Assembly: GCA_964016885.1 (NCBI GenBank) | Contig: OZ024741.1 | Coordinates: forward strand, 25,668,001 to 25,732,000 | Direction: 5' to 3' | Source of the DNA: Eledone cirrhosa | Lineage: Eukaryota | Length of the DNA stretch: 64,000 nucleotides | Shown: one piece after another, positions 1 through 25,942 of the stretch | How positions within the stretch are numbered: position 1 is the stretch's first letter | How the letters are laid out: every line of letters starts with the position of its first letter | Program-made: the position numbers and the translations under genes | The notes under the pieces: model-generated | Databases searched by the model: none | What the model saw: the letters and a program-made list of their open reading frames with translations, nothing else | What the model was told of the DNA's origin: nothing

Positions 1-64
1 ATGCTTGGCATATATATATATATATCACTAACACCATTATATACAGATTGCGGCAACACCACCC

Positions 65-68
<4 letters not shown>

Positions 69-145
<77 letters not shown>

Positions 146-146
146 C

Positions 147-197
<51 letters not shown>

Positions 198-200
198 TAC

Positions 201-244
<44 letters not shown>
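69..244. repeat. (CT)n followed by (TA)n compound microsatellite
   Basis: Directly visible dinucleotide runs. Confidence 0.97.
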
Positions 245-251
<7 letters not shown>

Positions 252-631
252 TAAACAAATAATGAATAAACAATTCCTTATATTAAACAAAAAAAGTTCA
301 TTATTTAACGATCGTTTCTAGGGTATATATGTGTTATAATTGGTATGCATATTCAACAGATCTATGTACAAAATTATACAAAATTATACAAATTATCAAG
401 ATTAAATATACATACCAAACACATATATACGCCGTCTTACGGCGTATATATGTGTTTGGTATGTATATTTAATCTTGATAATTTGTATAATTTTGTATAA
501 TTTTGTACATAGATCTGTTGAATATGCATACCAATTATAACACATATATACCCTAGAAACGATCGTTAAATAATGAACTTTTTTTGTTTAATATAAGGAA
601 TTGTTTATTCATTATTTGTTTAATATTTTAT
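243..631. repeat. Perfect fold-back palindrome, 193-bp arms (243-435 / 439-631), 3-nt loop CTT
   Basis: Apex reads ...tatatacgccgt-ctt-acggcgtatata...; arms are reverse complements out to ataaaatattaaac / gtttaatattttat. Confidence 0.95.
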
Positions 632-762
632 CTTGACTCTGTATACCGTTTATCTTTCACCGAAAGTGGTTTTTCATTACATCTCTTCTTTCCATGATAT
701 CCGGAATACATTGAGTTCTTCATACGGATTGGACACTACCGTAAACTCTTGGTAGATTTATC
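243..762 (+). mobile_element. 5'-truncated Penelope-like element 3' end (pLTR) in hairpin form, carrying only the 3' half of a hammerhead ribozyme
   Basis: Right arm has a long stem-II-like hairpin (tatatatgtgtt/aacacatatata; tggtatgtatatt/aatatgcatacca) then GAAA-CGATCG-TT-aaataa (556-573). A ~130-nt unpaired tail follows, and both sides are (TA)n. Confidence 0.6.
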
Positions 763-768
763 TATATA

Positions 769-908
<140 letters not shown>

Positions 909-1259
909 GTATACTAGGGAGAGGATCAGGGGTGTATAACACTCCACTTATCCAGCAGGCAGTATAAGGTTAGCTCAATGTCTGAGGACAGAGCCGTGAT
1001 ATAATAAATAACAAAGAACGCCTATAGCATATGCATATCTTTACTTGCTAACATTGTTTCATCCACACTATAAGTGGGTCTCATCAGAGCATAAAGGTTA
1101 ATTACATACCATACAAGCAATAACAAATCCAAGACATTGAAGAATGAAAAATAATAATAGACGATAAAGGATATTAAGGAAGTAAAAGTAAAAATAAAGA
1201 TAAAAATAAAAATAAAAATAAAAATAAGATAATAAAATAAACAATGAAAAATAAGGGGT
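909..1259 (-). mobile_element. Penelope-like element 3' end (pLTR fragment) inserted in (TA)n
   Basis: Unique island between TA arrays containing a hammerhead motif on the minus strand, preceded by a T-rich UTR-like tract. Confidence 0.65.
1046..1091 (-). ncRNA. Minimal type I hammerhead ribozyme
   Basis: Minus strand: ugcu-CUGAUGA-g-acccac(uuauagu)guggau-GAAA-caaug-UU-agca. Stem I ugcu/agca, stem II ccac/gugg, GUU triplet. Confidence 0.75.
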
Positions 1260-2453
<1,194 letters not shown>

Positions 2454-4051
2454 TCAGTAAGGTTAGAATTAACAACGAATATAGTGAAGAGTTTAGCGTA
2501 AAAGTTGGTGTCCATCAGGCTCTGTTCTTAGCCCCCTACTATTTATTATTGCCCTTCAGGCTATAACAGAGGAGTTCAAGACCGGCTGCCCATGGGAACT
2601 CCTATACGCAGATGATCTAACGCTCATAGCTGAATCAATGACCGAACTAGAGAAGAAATTCCAAACGTGGAAGCACGGCCTAGAATCAAAAGGCCTTAAA
2701 ATTAACCTGGCTAAGACTAAAGTTCTAGTTTGTAGGAAAGAAAATAAGGCGGCGGTCCCATCGGGGAAATGGCCATGCTCAGTGTGTAGGAAAGGCGTAG
2801 GTAGAAACTCCATTTTATGTCCCAAATGCAAAGTATGGGTGCATAAAAGATGTAGTGGGATCACAGGTAAGCTAACTAAGAACATAGATTTTACATGTGG
2901 CCGGTGCTCTGGTGCAATAAGTAGCAGCAAGTGCCCACAAAATACTAGCTCCTTCAACTGCACAGAGGGTTCTATAGAAATAGTGGACAGCTTCCGTTAT
3001 CTGGGTGACAAAATCAGCAGTGGGGGAGGGTGCTCTGAAAGTACAGTAGCTAGAGTCAGAACTGGATGGAAAAAGTTCAGAGAGCTTATACCACTATTAG
3101 CCGCTAGAGGGTTCTCCCTAAAAATGAAAGGCAGGTTATACGATGCCTGCATACGAACAGCAATGCTGCATGGCAGTGAGACCTGGGCATTGTGTGCAGA
3201 GGATATACGCAGACTAGAGAGGAACGAAGCTTGCATGCTCCGCTGGATGTGCAAAGCATAAACGAACTAAGGAAAAAATTAGAAATAAGAGGGATCAGAT
3301 GTTGTTTACTCGAGAGAAGGCTACGTTGGTACGGTCACGTGATGCGCATGAAAGACGACAGCTGTATAACAAAGTGCAGGGCAATAAAGATAGACGGTAG
3401 CCACGGAGTAGGCAGACCCAGAAAAACATGGGACGAGCTGATAAATTCCGACCTCACACGCTTACACCTCTCCAAGACAATGTCACTGGACCGAGACCTT
3501 TGGCGGTACTCAGTAATAGAGAAGACCCGCCTTACCTAAATACAAAGTAAAAACCTACTACAGTCAGTAGGCATCTCTATCAAAACACACCCCCGTCCCA
3601 CCACCCTCCACCCCACCCACACCGCCCCTTTCAAATGTAAAGTTATGTTGGTCCCACAACATCCAGGCCGAAACAAATGAGATCGTGTAGGTGTCACGAC
3701 AAAAAACACACAGTCCACGCTGTAAATATGGCCGTGTAGGCAACACGGTAAAAACCTCCCAGCCCCACACTGTAAATGTGGTTGGTGTTAGGAAGGGCAT
3801 CCAGCTGTAGAAAACCCGCCAGACAGTCCACGCTGTAATGTGGCCGTGTAGGCAACACGGTAAAAACCTCCCAGCCCCACACTGTAAATGTGGTTGGTGT
3901 TAGGAAGGGCATCCAACTGTAGAAAACCCGCCAGACAGTCCTATGCGAGCAAGACAACCACTCTTGCCTCAAGTGGGAAAACCCCCGTCCAAACCCATGC
4001 AAGCGTGGAACACGGACGCTAAACCTGATGATGATGATGATGATGATGATG

Positions 4052-4053
<2 letters not shown>
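2454..4053 (+). mobile_element. RTE-clade LINE, 5'-truncated (copy 1), frameshifted; RT C-terminal half with PHD-like insert, 3' UTR and (GAT)n tail
   Basis: [26 protein letters not shown] (2605-2616), MLHGSETW, RRLRWYGHVMR, GRPRKTW. The 3' UTR has a ~113-bp tandem duplication (3711-3940) and ends in (GAT)n. Near-identical to the copy at 31849-35200. Confidence 0.95.
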
Positions 4054-4087
<34 letters not shown>

Positions 4088-4128
4088 ATTTATATTTATA
4101 TATATATATATTTATATATATATATATT

Positions 4129-4159
<31 letters not shown>

Positions 4160-4174
4160 ATTTATATATATATA

Positions 4175-4239
<65 letters not shown>

Positions 4240-4292
4240 ATTTATATATATATATTTATATGTAACCCAACAATTTTAAATAAAACTTTTGC

Positions 4293-4329
<37 letters not shown>

Positions 4330-4351
4330 AAAGGTGAAATTGGAAATATAT

Positions 4352-4388
4352 GCTAGCGTGGAAGATAGACGTTAAACGATGATGATGA

Positions 4389-4391
<3 letters not shown>
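4352..4391 (+). mobile_element. Very short RTE-type 3' terminus with (GAT)n tail
   Basis: gctagcgtggaagatagacgttaaacgatgatgatg resembles the termini of RTE copies 1 and 2. Confidence 0.6.
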
Positions 4392-4433
<42 letters not shown>

Positions 4434-4436
<3 letters not shown>

Positions 4437-6230
4437 GAAGAAGAGACCCTACCCCAAGTAGACCCTATAAAGGGGCCAGCAGTACAAGTCAGCAGCAGCG
4501 TAGTAAGTATGGCAATCAAAGATATGAAGATGGGGAAGGCAACCGGTCCATCGGGTATAGCTGCCGAGATGCTGAAGGCATCTGGGACTGTAGGTCACAC
4601 TATAACCACACGTATTGTTAACCAGGTAATACTAGAAGGTGTCATACCAAAAGATTGGTGCAGTAGCATCATTGTCAACTGCTACAAAGGTAAAGGTGAT
4701 GCACTAGAGAGAGGAAACTATAGAGGTATAAAGCTATAGAGAAAGCCTTTGACAGAGTTCTACGTGCTATAATCTGGTGGGTTCTTAGAAAACTAGGAGT
4801 AGATGAATGGCTTGTAAAAGCGGTACAAGCCATGTATAGGGGAGCAGTCAGCAAAGTTAGGATTAGCAATGAGTATAGCGAGGAATTTAGCGTACAGGTT
4901 GGTGTCCACCAGGGCTCTGTTCTTAGCCCTCTCCTGTTCATCATAGTCCTGCAGGCAATAACGGAGGAGTTTAAGACCGGATGTCCATGGGAAATCCTGT
5001 ATGCAGATGACCTCGCACTTATAGCTGAATCTATGGTAGAACTAGAGAATAAAGAGAAGCAGGGACTAGAAAGAAAGGGTTTCAAAGTCAACATGACAAA
5101 GACTAAGGTCCTTGTAAGTAGACGAGAAAACAGAACCCAGATCCCCTCAGGGAAATGGCCTTGCTCAGTATGTAGGAAAGTGTAGGTAGGAACTCCATTC
5201 TCTGCCCCAAATGCAAACAATGGGTACACAAGAGATGTAGCGGGATCTCAGGAAGCTTAATTAAGAATGTAGGCTTCACATGTAGCAGCTGTGCTGAGAT
5301 AGCAAGCAGCAAACAGCCACAGGGAACAAGTACCACCAATCTCTGGGAGGGCTCTGTAGAGACAGTAGACAGCTTCTGCTTCCTAGGTGACCAAATTAGC
5401 AGCAGAGGTGGGTGTTCAGAAAGTACAATAACTAGAGTAAGATGGGATGGAAGAAGTTCAGGGAACTACTGCCACTGCTAGCTGCAAAAGGCTTCTCCCT
5501 CAAAAATGAAAGGCAGAATGTATGATGCGTGTATCCGAACAGCAATGTTACATGGTAGTGAGACCTGGGCGCTGAAGGTGGAAGACTTACGTAGATTAGA
5601 GAGAAATGAAGCCTGCATGCTCCGATGGATGTGTAATAGTAATATACGCGAACTGCAAAGCATAAATGAATTGAGAGAGAGACTGAGCATAAGAGGAATC
5701 AAATGCTGTGTGCAGGAGAGGCGGATGCGTATGAAGGATGACAGCTGCATAAAAAGGTGCAGAGCACTAGAAGTCAATGGAAGCCGCGTAGTGGGGAGAC
5801 CCAAGAAGACCTGGGATGAGGTGATAGGGGGCCGACCTTACCCAGTTGCACCTCTCAAAGGGCGATGACACACGACCGTGACCTCTGGCGTCACGCAGTA
5901 ATACAGAGTACCTCCCATGGGTACAAGCTGAAGCATATAGACAATATGCCCCCACACCCTCCCACTGCAAAGTGGTCGTGGAGGTGCCACAGCAAAAAAG
6001 CACCCAGCCCACACTGTAAGTGGACGTGTAGGCGCCACGGAAAAAAGCACCCAGCACTCACTGTAAATGAGGTTGGTGTTAGGAAGGGCATCCAGCTGCA
6101 GAAATCAAGCCAGATCAGTTCCTGTATGAGCAAGGCATGGTCAGCCGACCAGACACTGCCCACAACAGGACAACCTGTCTAACCATGCTAGCATGGAAGA
6201 ACGGACGTAAAACAGTGATGATGATGATGA
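4434..6230 (+). mobile_element. RTE-clade LINE, second subfamily (copy 2), 5'-truncated, internally deleted and frameshifted
   Basis: MKMGKATGPSGIAAEMLK, NYRGIKL jumping directly to EKAFDRV (deletion ~4737), [18 protein letters not shown]-like insert (5162-5292), MLHGSETW, (GAT)n tail. Confidence 0.93.
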
Positions 6231-13341
<7,111 letters not shown>

Positions 13342-13484
13342 TGAGTTTATGTTGGTTGTATACCAACACCTCAGTATGCAGGCTGGAGCACTCGACGAAG
13401 TGCGCAGGTTGGTTTGGTTACTCCGGAGTAGTGTAAAATAAAGTTAAATAAAAGTCAAATGATTAAAATTTAGCTTCGTTTATT

Positions 13485-13539
13485 ACTGCTATATATATTT
13501 CAGTGACAGCCATCTTTGGCTGTGACCTCTTCAGGCAGT
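13485..13539 (-). ncRNA. Minimal type I hammerhead ribozyme (left arm)
   Basis: Exact reverse complement of 14485-14539. Confidence 0.85.
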
Positions 13540-14484
13540 TTGAATTAGTATGGTATAGACAAGTACATATGTTGTTTAGGTGTATGATTTTGTCAATACT
13601 CTGATATGCCCAGTTCCTTGTTGGGTTGTTAATTCACTGGGGAACTGGAGTCATATGAATTCAAACAAACGAATTTTAGTGTCACAGGTCCCCTTCTCCT
13701 CTCATTGGTCAGTTATTAGTGTTGTCATTGTTGGAGTTAGCTTAAAAATTGATAAAATGGTAGAAGGGACAAGGTGTTGAAGGAACAAAATATCAAAAAA
13801 TGTGTCAAACTTCCCATTGTTCAGTTCTGAGAGCATTCCTCAGTCAGAAGTCTATAGAATTCTTTCTGGGGTGAGGCTCCCTGTAGTGTTTATGCCTGCT
13901 ATTGTTCAGTACATTTGACCTCGACCATTATTTTGGTACTGTTGTTGTTGTAGTGGTCAGCTTATATCTTGCTGCTGCTAACAGTTTAGCAGCAGCAAGA
14001 TATAAGCTGACCACTACAACAACAACAGTACCAAAATAACTGTTAGCAGCAGCAAGATATAAGCTGACCACTACAACAACAACAGTACCAAAATAATGGT
14101 CGAGGTCAAATGTACTGAACAATAGCAGGCATAAACACTACAGGGAGCCTCACCCCAGAAAGAATTCTATAGACTTCTGACTGAGGAATGCTCTCAGAAC
14201 TGAACAATGGGAAGTTTGACACATTTTTTGATATTTTGTTCCTTCAACACCTTGTCCCTTCTACCATTTTTATCAATTTTTAAGCTAACTCCAACAATGA
14301 CAACACTAATAACTGACCAATGAGAGGAGAAGGGGACCTGTGACACTAAAATTCGTTTGTTTGAATTCATATGACTCCAGTTCCCAGTGAATTAACAACC
14401 CAACAAGGAACTGGGCATATCAGAGTATTGACAATATCATACACCTAAACAACATATGTACTTGTCTATACCATACTAATTCAA

Positions 14485-14539
14485 ACTGCCTGAAGAGGTC
14501 ACAGCCAAAGATGGCTGTCACTGAAATATATATAGCAGT
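14485..14539 (+). ncRNA. Minimal type I hammerhead ribozyme (right arm)
   Basis: acugc-CUGAAGA-ggucacagcca(aaga)uggcugucacu-GAAA-uauaua-UA-gcagu. Stem I acugc/gcagu, stem II acagcca/uggcugu, palindromic stem-loop III, AUA triplet. Confidence 0.85.
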
Positions 14540-14583
14540 AATAAACGAAGCTAAATTTTAATCATTTGACTTTTATTTAACTT

Positions 14584-15843
<1,260 letters not shown>

Positions 15844-16043
15844 NNNNNNNNNNNNNNNNNNNNNNNNNNNNNNNNNNNNNNNNNNNNNNNNNNNNNNNNN
15901 NNNNNNNNNNNNNNNNNNNNNNNNNNNNNNNNNNNNNNNNNNNNNNNNNNNNNNNNNNNNNNNNNNNNNNNNNNNNNNNNNNNNNNNNNNNNNNNNNNNN
16001 NNNNNNNNNNNNNNNNNNNNNNNNNNNNNNNNNNNNNNNNNNN
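15844..16043. other. Assembly gap (200 N)
   Basis: Run of N. The round size suggests a scaffolding placeholder. Confidence 0.99.
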
Positions 16044-17031
16044 CCCTCACTAGCTATGCTGATGACACTAAGGTAGCACAGGCAATCAAAAACCCGGCTG
16101 ACGCTGCCCTTTTACAGCAGGATCTGGATGCCATATATAGATGGGCGGAAGAAAACAACATACAGTTTAATGCTGGCAAATTCCAAGCTCTACAATACAA
16201 ACCTACAAAAACAAATATAGTGGTACACAGCTACACAGGACCAGGAGGGACCGATATCCCCGTGTCAAAATCGATACGAGACCTGGGCATAGACATGAGC
16301 GATGATGCATCTTTTTCTTCACACATCATGAAGGTGGCGACAACATGTAGACGATTCGCTGGCTGGATCTTGAGGACTTTCCTTACAAGAGATCGAGACA
16401 CCATGTTGACACTGTGGAGGACTTTTGTCCTAAGCCGCCTGGACTACTGCTCCCAGCTGTGGTCACCCCATAGTGTCAAACTAACCACGGAGCTTGAGGC
16501 AATCCAGCGAAGCTACACCAAGAGGATTGCCAAGATGAGGGAGAATAGCTACTGGGAGAGGCTAAAGGAACTGAACCTCTACTCCTTGAAGCAAAGATGG
16601 GAGAGATACGCAGTGATCTACATGTGGAAAATCCTGGAGGGACTAGCACCAAACTTTGGCATTGGGAGCTGGACCAACCGTCGAACAGGACGTCACTGTG
16701 TGGTGCCAAAGGTCCCGTCTTCCACATCTAGAATAAGGAGCAGGTATTGCAATAGCCTGGGATTCAAGGGCCCTAAACTCTTCAACAGGCTGCCGAGGCA
16801 TCTGAGAGACTTGCATGACGTGGAGGTGATGTCTTTAAGAAACATCTCGACACCTTGTTATCCAGGATCCCAGATGAGCCCACAGCAAGACACGAGGGAA
16901 ACCTAAGGGCAGCAGCAACAAACTCCCTCCTACACCAGTGGCCAACCTATACAGGCTGGAGATAAAATGTGTAGCAACAAGGGCGGTGCCCCAGCATGGC
17001 CTCAGCCGGATGGCTGAAACAGGTAAAAGAG
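16044..17031 (+). mobile_element. CR1-group LINE 3' portion (RT YADD to 3' end), cut at 5' by the gap
   Basis: Frame from 16046: LTSYADDTKVAQAI...LQQDLDAIYRWAEENNIQFNAGKF...IRDLGI...SRLDYCSQLWSP...YWERLKELNLYSL. Frameshift near 16830. Confidence 0.9.
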
Positions 17032-17078
<47 letters not shown>

Positions 17079-17079
17079 G

Positions 17080-17810
17080 ATTTTGAGTTTATGTTGGTTG
17101 TATACCAACACCTCAGTATGCAGGCTGGAGCACTCGACGAAGTGCGCAGGTTGGTTTGGTTACTCCGGAGTAGTGTTAAATAAAGTTAAATAAAAGTCAA
17201 ATGATTAAAATTTAGCTTCGTTTATTACTGCTATATATATTTCAGTGACAGCCATCTTTGGCTGTGACCTCTTCAGGCAGTTTGAATTAGTATGGTATAG
17301 ACAAGTACATATGTTGTTTAGGTGTATAATATTGTCAATACTCTGATATGCCCTGTTCCTTGTTGGGTTGTTAATTCACTGAGGAACTGGAGTCATATGA
17401 ATTTAAACAAACGAATTTCAGTGTCAAAGGTCCCCGTCTCTCATTGGTTAGTTATTAGAACATTCCTCATTCTAAGTGTTGTTATTGTTGGAGTTAGCTT
17501 AAAAATTGATAAAATGGTAGAAGGGACAAGGTGTTAAAGGAACAAAATAACAAAAAAAGTGTCAAACTTCCCATTGGTCAGTTCTGAGAGCATTCCTCAG
17601 TCAGAAGTCTATAGAATTTTTTCTGGGGTGAGGCTCCCTGTAGTGTTTTTGCCTGCTATTGTTCAGTACATTTGACCTCCACCATTATTTTGGTACTGTT
17701 GTTGGTGTAGTGGTCAGCTTATATCTTGCTGCTGCTAACAATTTAGAAGTATCCAGTTCGTGTTTTTTCTTCATCCCTCCCGCCACCATCGTAGTGGTGG
17801 TGCTAGCAAA
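17080..17810 (-). mobile_element. Penelope-like pLTR fragment, same family and same 3' terminus as the left arm at 13339-13984, without fold-back
   Basis: Colinear with 13339-13984, with scattered substitutions and an 18-nt insertion (~17459-17476). It continues past the point where the palindrome folds. Confidence 0.85.
17227..17281 (-). ncRNA. Minimal type I hammerhead ribozyme
   Basis: Identical to 13485-13539. Confidence 0.85.
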
Positions 17811-17817
17811 TATATAG

Positions 17818-18150
17818 GTTTTGTCTTAGTAACTTTGTGGTTCAATGCATGGGGTTGCACAACAATAATATGAGAGACGTAAAATAAGAAAATTATAAAA
17901 TTAACTTACTAAAATATCACTTCCAACTAATTAGTTTCTGAAATGGAATAAATATATTTTCCGAAGAAAACATAGAGAATCATTTCGTCGTCAGGGAAGA
18001 CTATTCTCATCTAAGTATCCAGGCAAAGCGGGGACTCTGGAAACTTATTCAAAAATAATTCAGTGGATAGAAAATAGCAAAGTGTCGACTGAATTCCTAG
18101 CCATTGATATCCATCTGTATGTATATATATGTTACTAGATATTAATTCTG
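17818..18150 (-). mobile_element. Further Penelope-like 3' end (different family), or an upstream extension of the 17080 element
   Basis: Contains its own hammerhead. Separated from the 17080-17810 unit by only a short tatata remnant (~17811-17816). Confidence 0.55.
17920..17999 (-). ncRNA. Type I hammerhead ribozyme with extended stem II capped by a UUCG tetraloop
   Basis: Minus: cuucc-CUGACGA-c-gaaaug...uauguuuuc(UUCG)gaaaauaua...cauuuc-a-GAAA-CUAAUUAG-UU-ggaag. Stem I 5 bp, stem II 6 bp + 9 bp, palindromic stem III, GUU triplet. Confidence 0.88.
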
Positions 18151-21884
<3,734 letters not shown>

Positions 21885-21891
<7 letters not shown>

Positions 21892-22177
21892 GGAGCATAC
21901 CAAAAGTCAGCTCAAAAGTGACACAGAGAAGACCGAGGTTGGCTGGACATGCTCACCGACATCCAGAGTTGACATTGCACTCAGTGCTCCTTTGGGAGCC
22001 CCTACATGGACACATTAGAAGAGGAAGACCAAGGTTAACATATGTTGATGCCCTAAGGACAGACACTGGTCTGTTGGAGATGCAGGATATGGCAGCGATA
22101 ATGAGGGACAGAGACCGCTGGAGAGAACTCGTCCATGGATCTCGGGAATTTTACCCGCCTTAGATAGATAGATAGAT
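21885..22177 (+). mobile_element. Short 3' fragment of an RTE-group LINE with (TAGA)n tail
   Basis: [27 protein letters not shown]...[21 protein letters not shown]...[11 protein letters not shown], then stop and tagatagataga. Confidence 0.8.
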
Positions 22178-24170
<1,993 letters not shown>

Positions 24171-24964
24171 CTCCCGTACTCCCTTCACTCGTGGCATCTA
24201 ACAACATCAGAGACTTGGGAGTAACCGTGGACAGCAACATAAGCTGGACCACGCATATAAGCAGCAAAGTTGACATGGCCCGCAGAATGTGTTCCTGGAT
24301 CCTCAGAACCTTCCAGTCGAGAGATTCCCGCACCATTATCCTTCTCTTCTCTACTTTTGCCCGACCACACCTTGAATACTGTTGTCCACTGTGGTCTCCC
24401 CACACGAAAGAAAGTATCATGAAACTTGAAGCTCCTCAAAGGGCAATCACGAAAAAGATAGATGGCATGTCAGACCTTGACTACTGGGGTCGATTTGAAA
24501 ACCTGAAACTTTACTCACTCCAACGTCGCCGTGAGCGTTATATTATCTGCATGATGTGGAAAATGTTCCATCATCACTGCCCAAATGATGTTGGCATCGC
24601 CTTCAAGATACACCCAAGGCTTGGGCCCCGTGCTATCCGTCCCATTCAAAAATCTAAATCGCAACTCATAACAACAATACGGCACAATTATTTCACCTCA
24701 ATCGGCCCTGCTCTCTTCAACATCACACCAGGACACGTCAAAACAGAAACTGACCACACAAAATTCAAGAAGTCTTTGGACAAATTCCTCCAAGTAATCC
24801 CGGACAAACCACCCACACCCGGATATGTCTCCGCAAACAGTAATTCTCTTCTCAAATGGGCCATGGTGCCCAAATCCTGAATTGAAAGACTTCGCCAGGT
24901 GGTGCTATTAAGTTAGACATGGCCTGGGCCAATACTGGCCAAAACATTTCAAAGTTATTCAAAG

Positions 24965-24968
<4 letters not shown>
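24171..24968 (+). mobile_element. CR1-group LINE 3' fragment (different family from 16044) with (TTCAAAGTTA)2 tail
   Basis: IRDLGVTVD...[10 protein letters not shown]...[13 protein letters not shown]...LYSLQRRRERY...LDKFLQVIPDKP. ORF is open to 24880. Confidence 0.9.
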
Positions 24969-25003
<35 letters not shown>

Positions 25004-25028
25004 TGTATACATGTATATATATATATGT

Positions 25029-25082
<54 letters not shown>

Positions 25083-25361
25083 AGATGTATATATATATAT
25101 ACATGTATAGATGTATATATATATATACATGTTTAGATGTATATATATATATATATATAGATGTATATATATATACATGTATAGATGTATATATATATAT
25201 ACATGTATAGATGTATATATATATATATATGTATGTATAGATGTATATATATATATATATGTATGTATAGATGTATATATATATATATATATACATGTAT
25301 AGATGTATATATATATACATGTATGTATAGATGTATATATATATACATGTATGTATAGATG

Positions 25362-25392
<31 letters not shown>

Positions 25393-25393
25393 A

Positions 25394-25434
<41 letters not shown>

Positions 25435-25475
25435 ATAGATGTATATATATATATATGTATGTATAGATGTATATA

Positions 25476-25518
<43 letters not shown>

Positions 25519-25555
25519 ATAGATGTATATATATATATATATATATGTATGTATA

Positions 25556-25603
<48 letters not shown>

Positions 25604-25609
25604 TGTATA

Positions 25610-25671
<62 letters not shown>

Positions 25672-25677
25672 TGTATA

Positions 25678-25724
<47 letters not shown>

Positions 25725-25725
25725 A

Positions 25726-25770
<45 letters not shown>

Positions 25771-25771
25771 A

Positions 25772-25836
<65 letters not shown>
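24969..25836. repeat. (TA)n-derived minisatellite, unit ~ (ta)n-tgtatgtatagatg
   Basis: Directly visible. The same variant unit resumes at 29369. Confidence 0.95.
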
Positions 25837-25838
<2 letters not shown>

Positions 25839-25942
25839 TATTTTCCGTTGTGTTGTAATATAAATATTACACACAGTAGATTATCAGCTCACGTAGAGTT
25901 TGCTCGACGGTTCCAGTTGTAGTTCCAAAAGTAATCCGGAGA

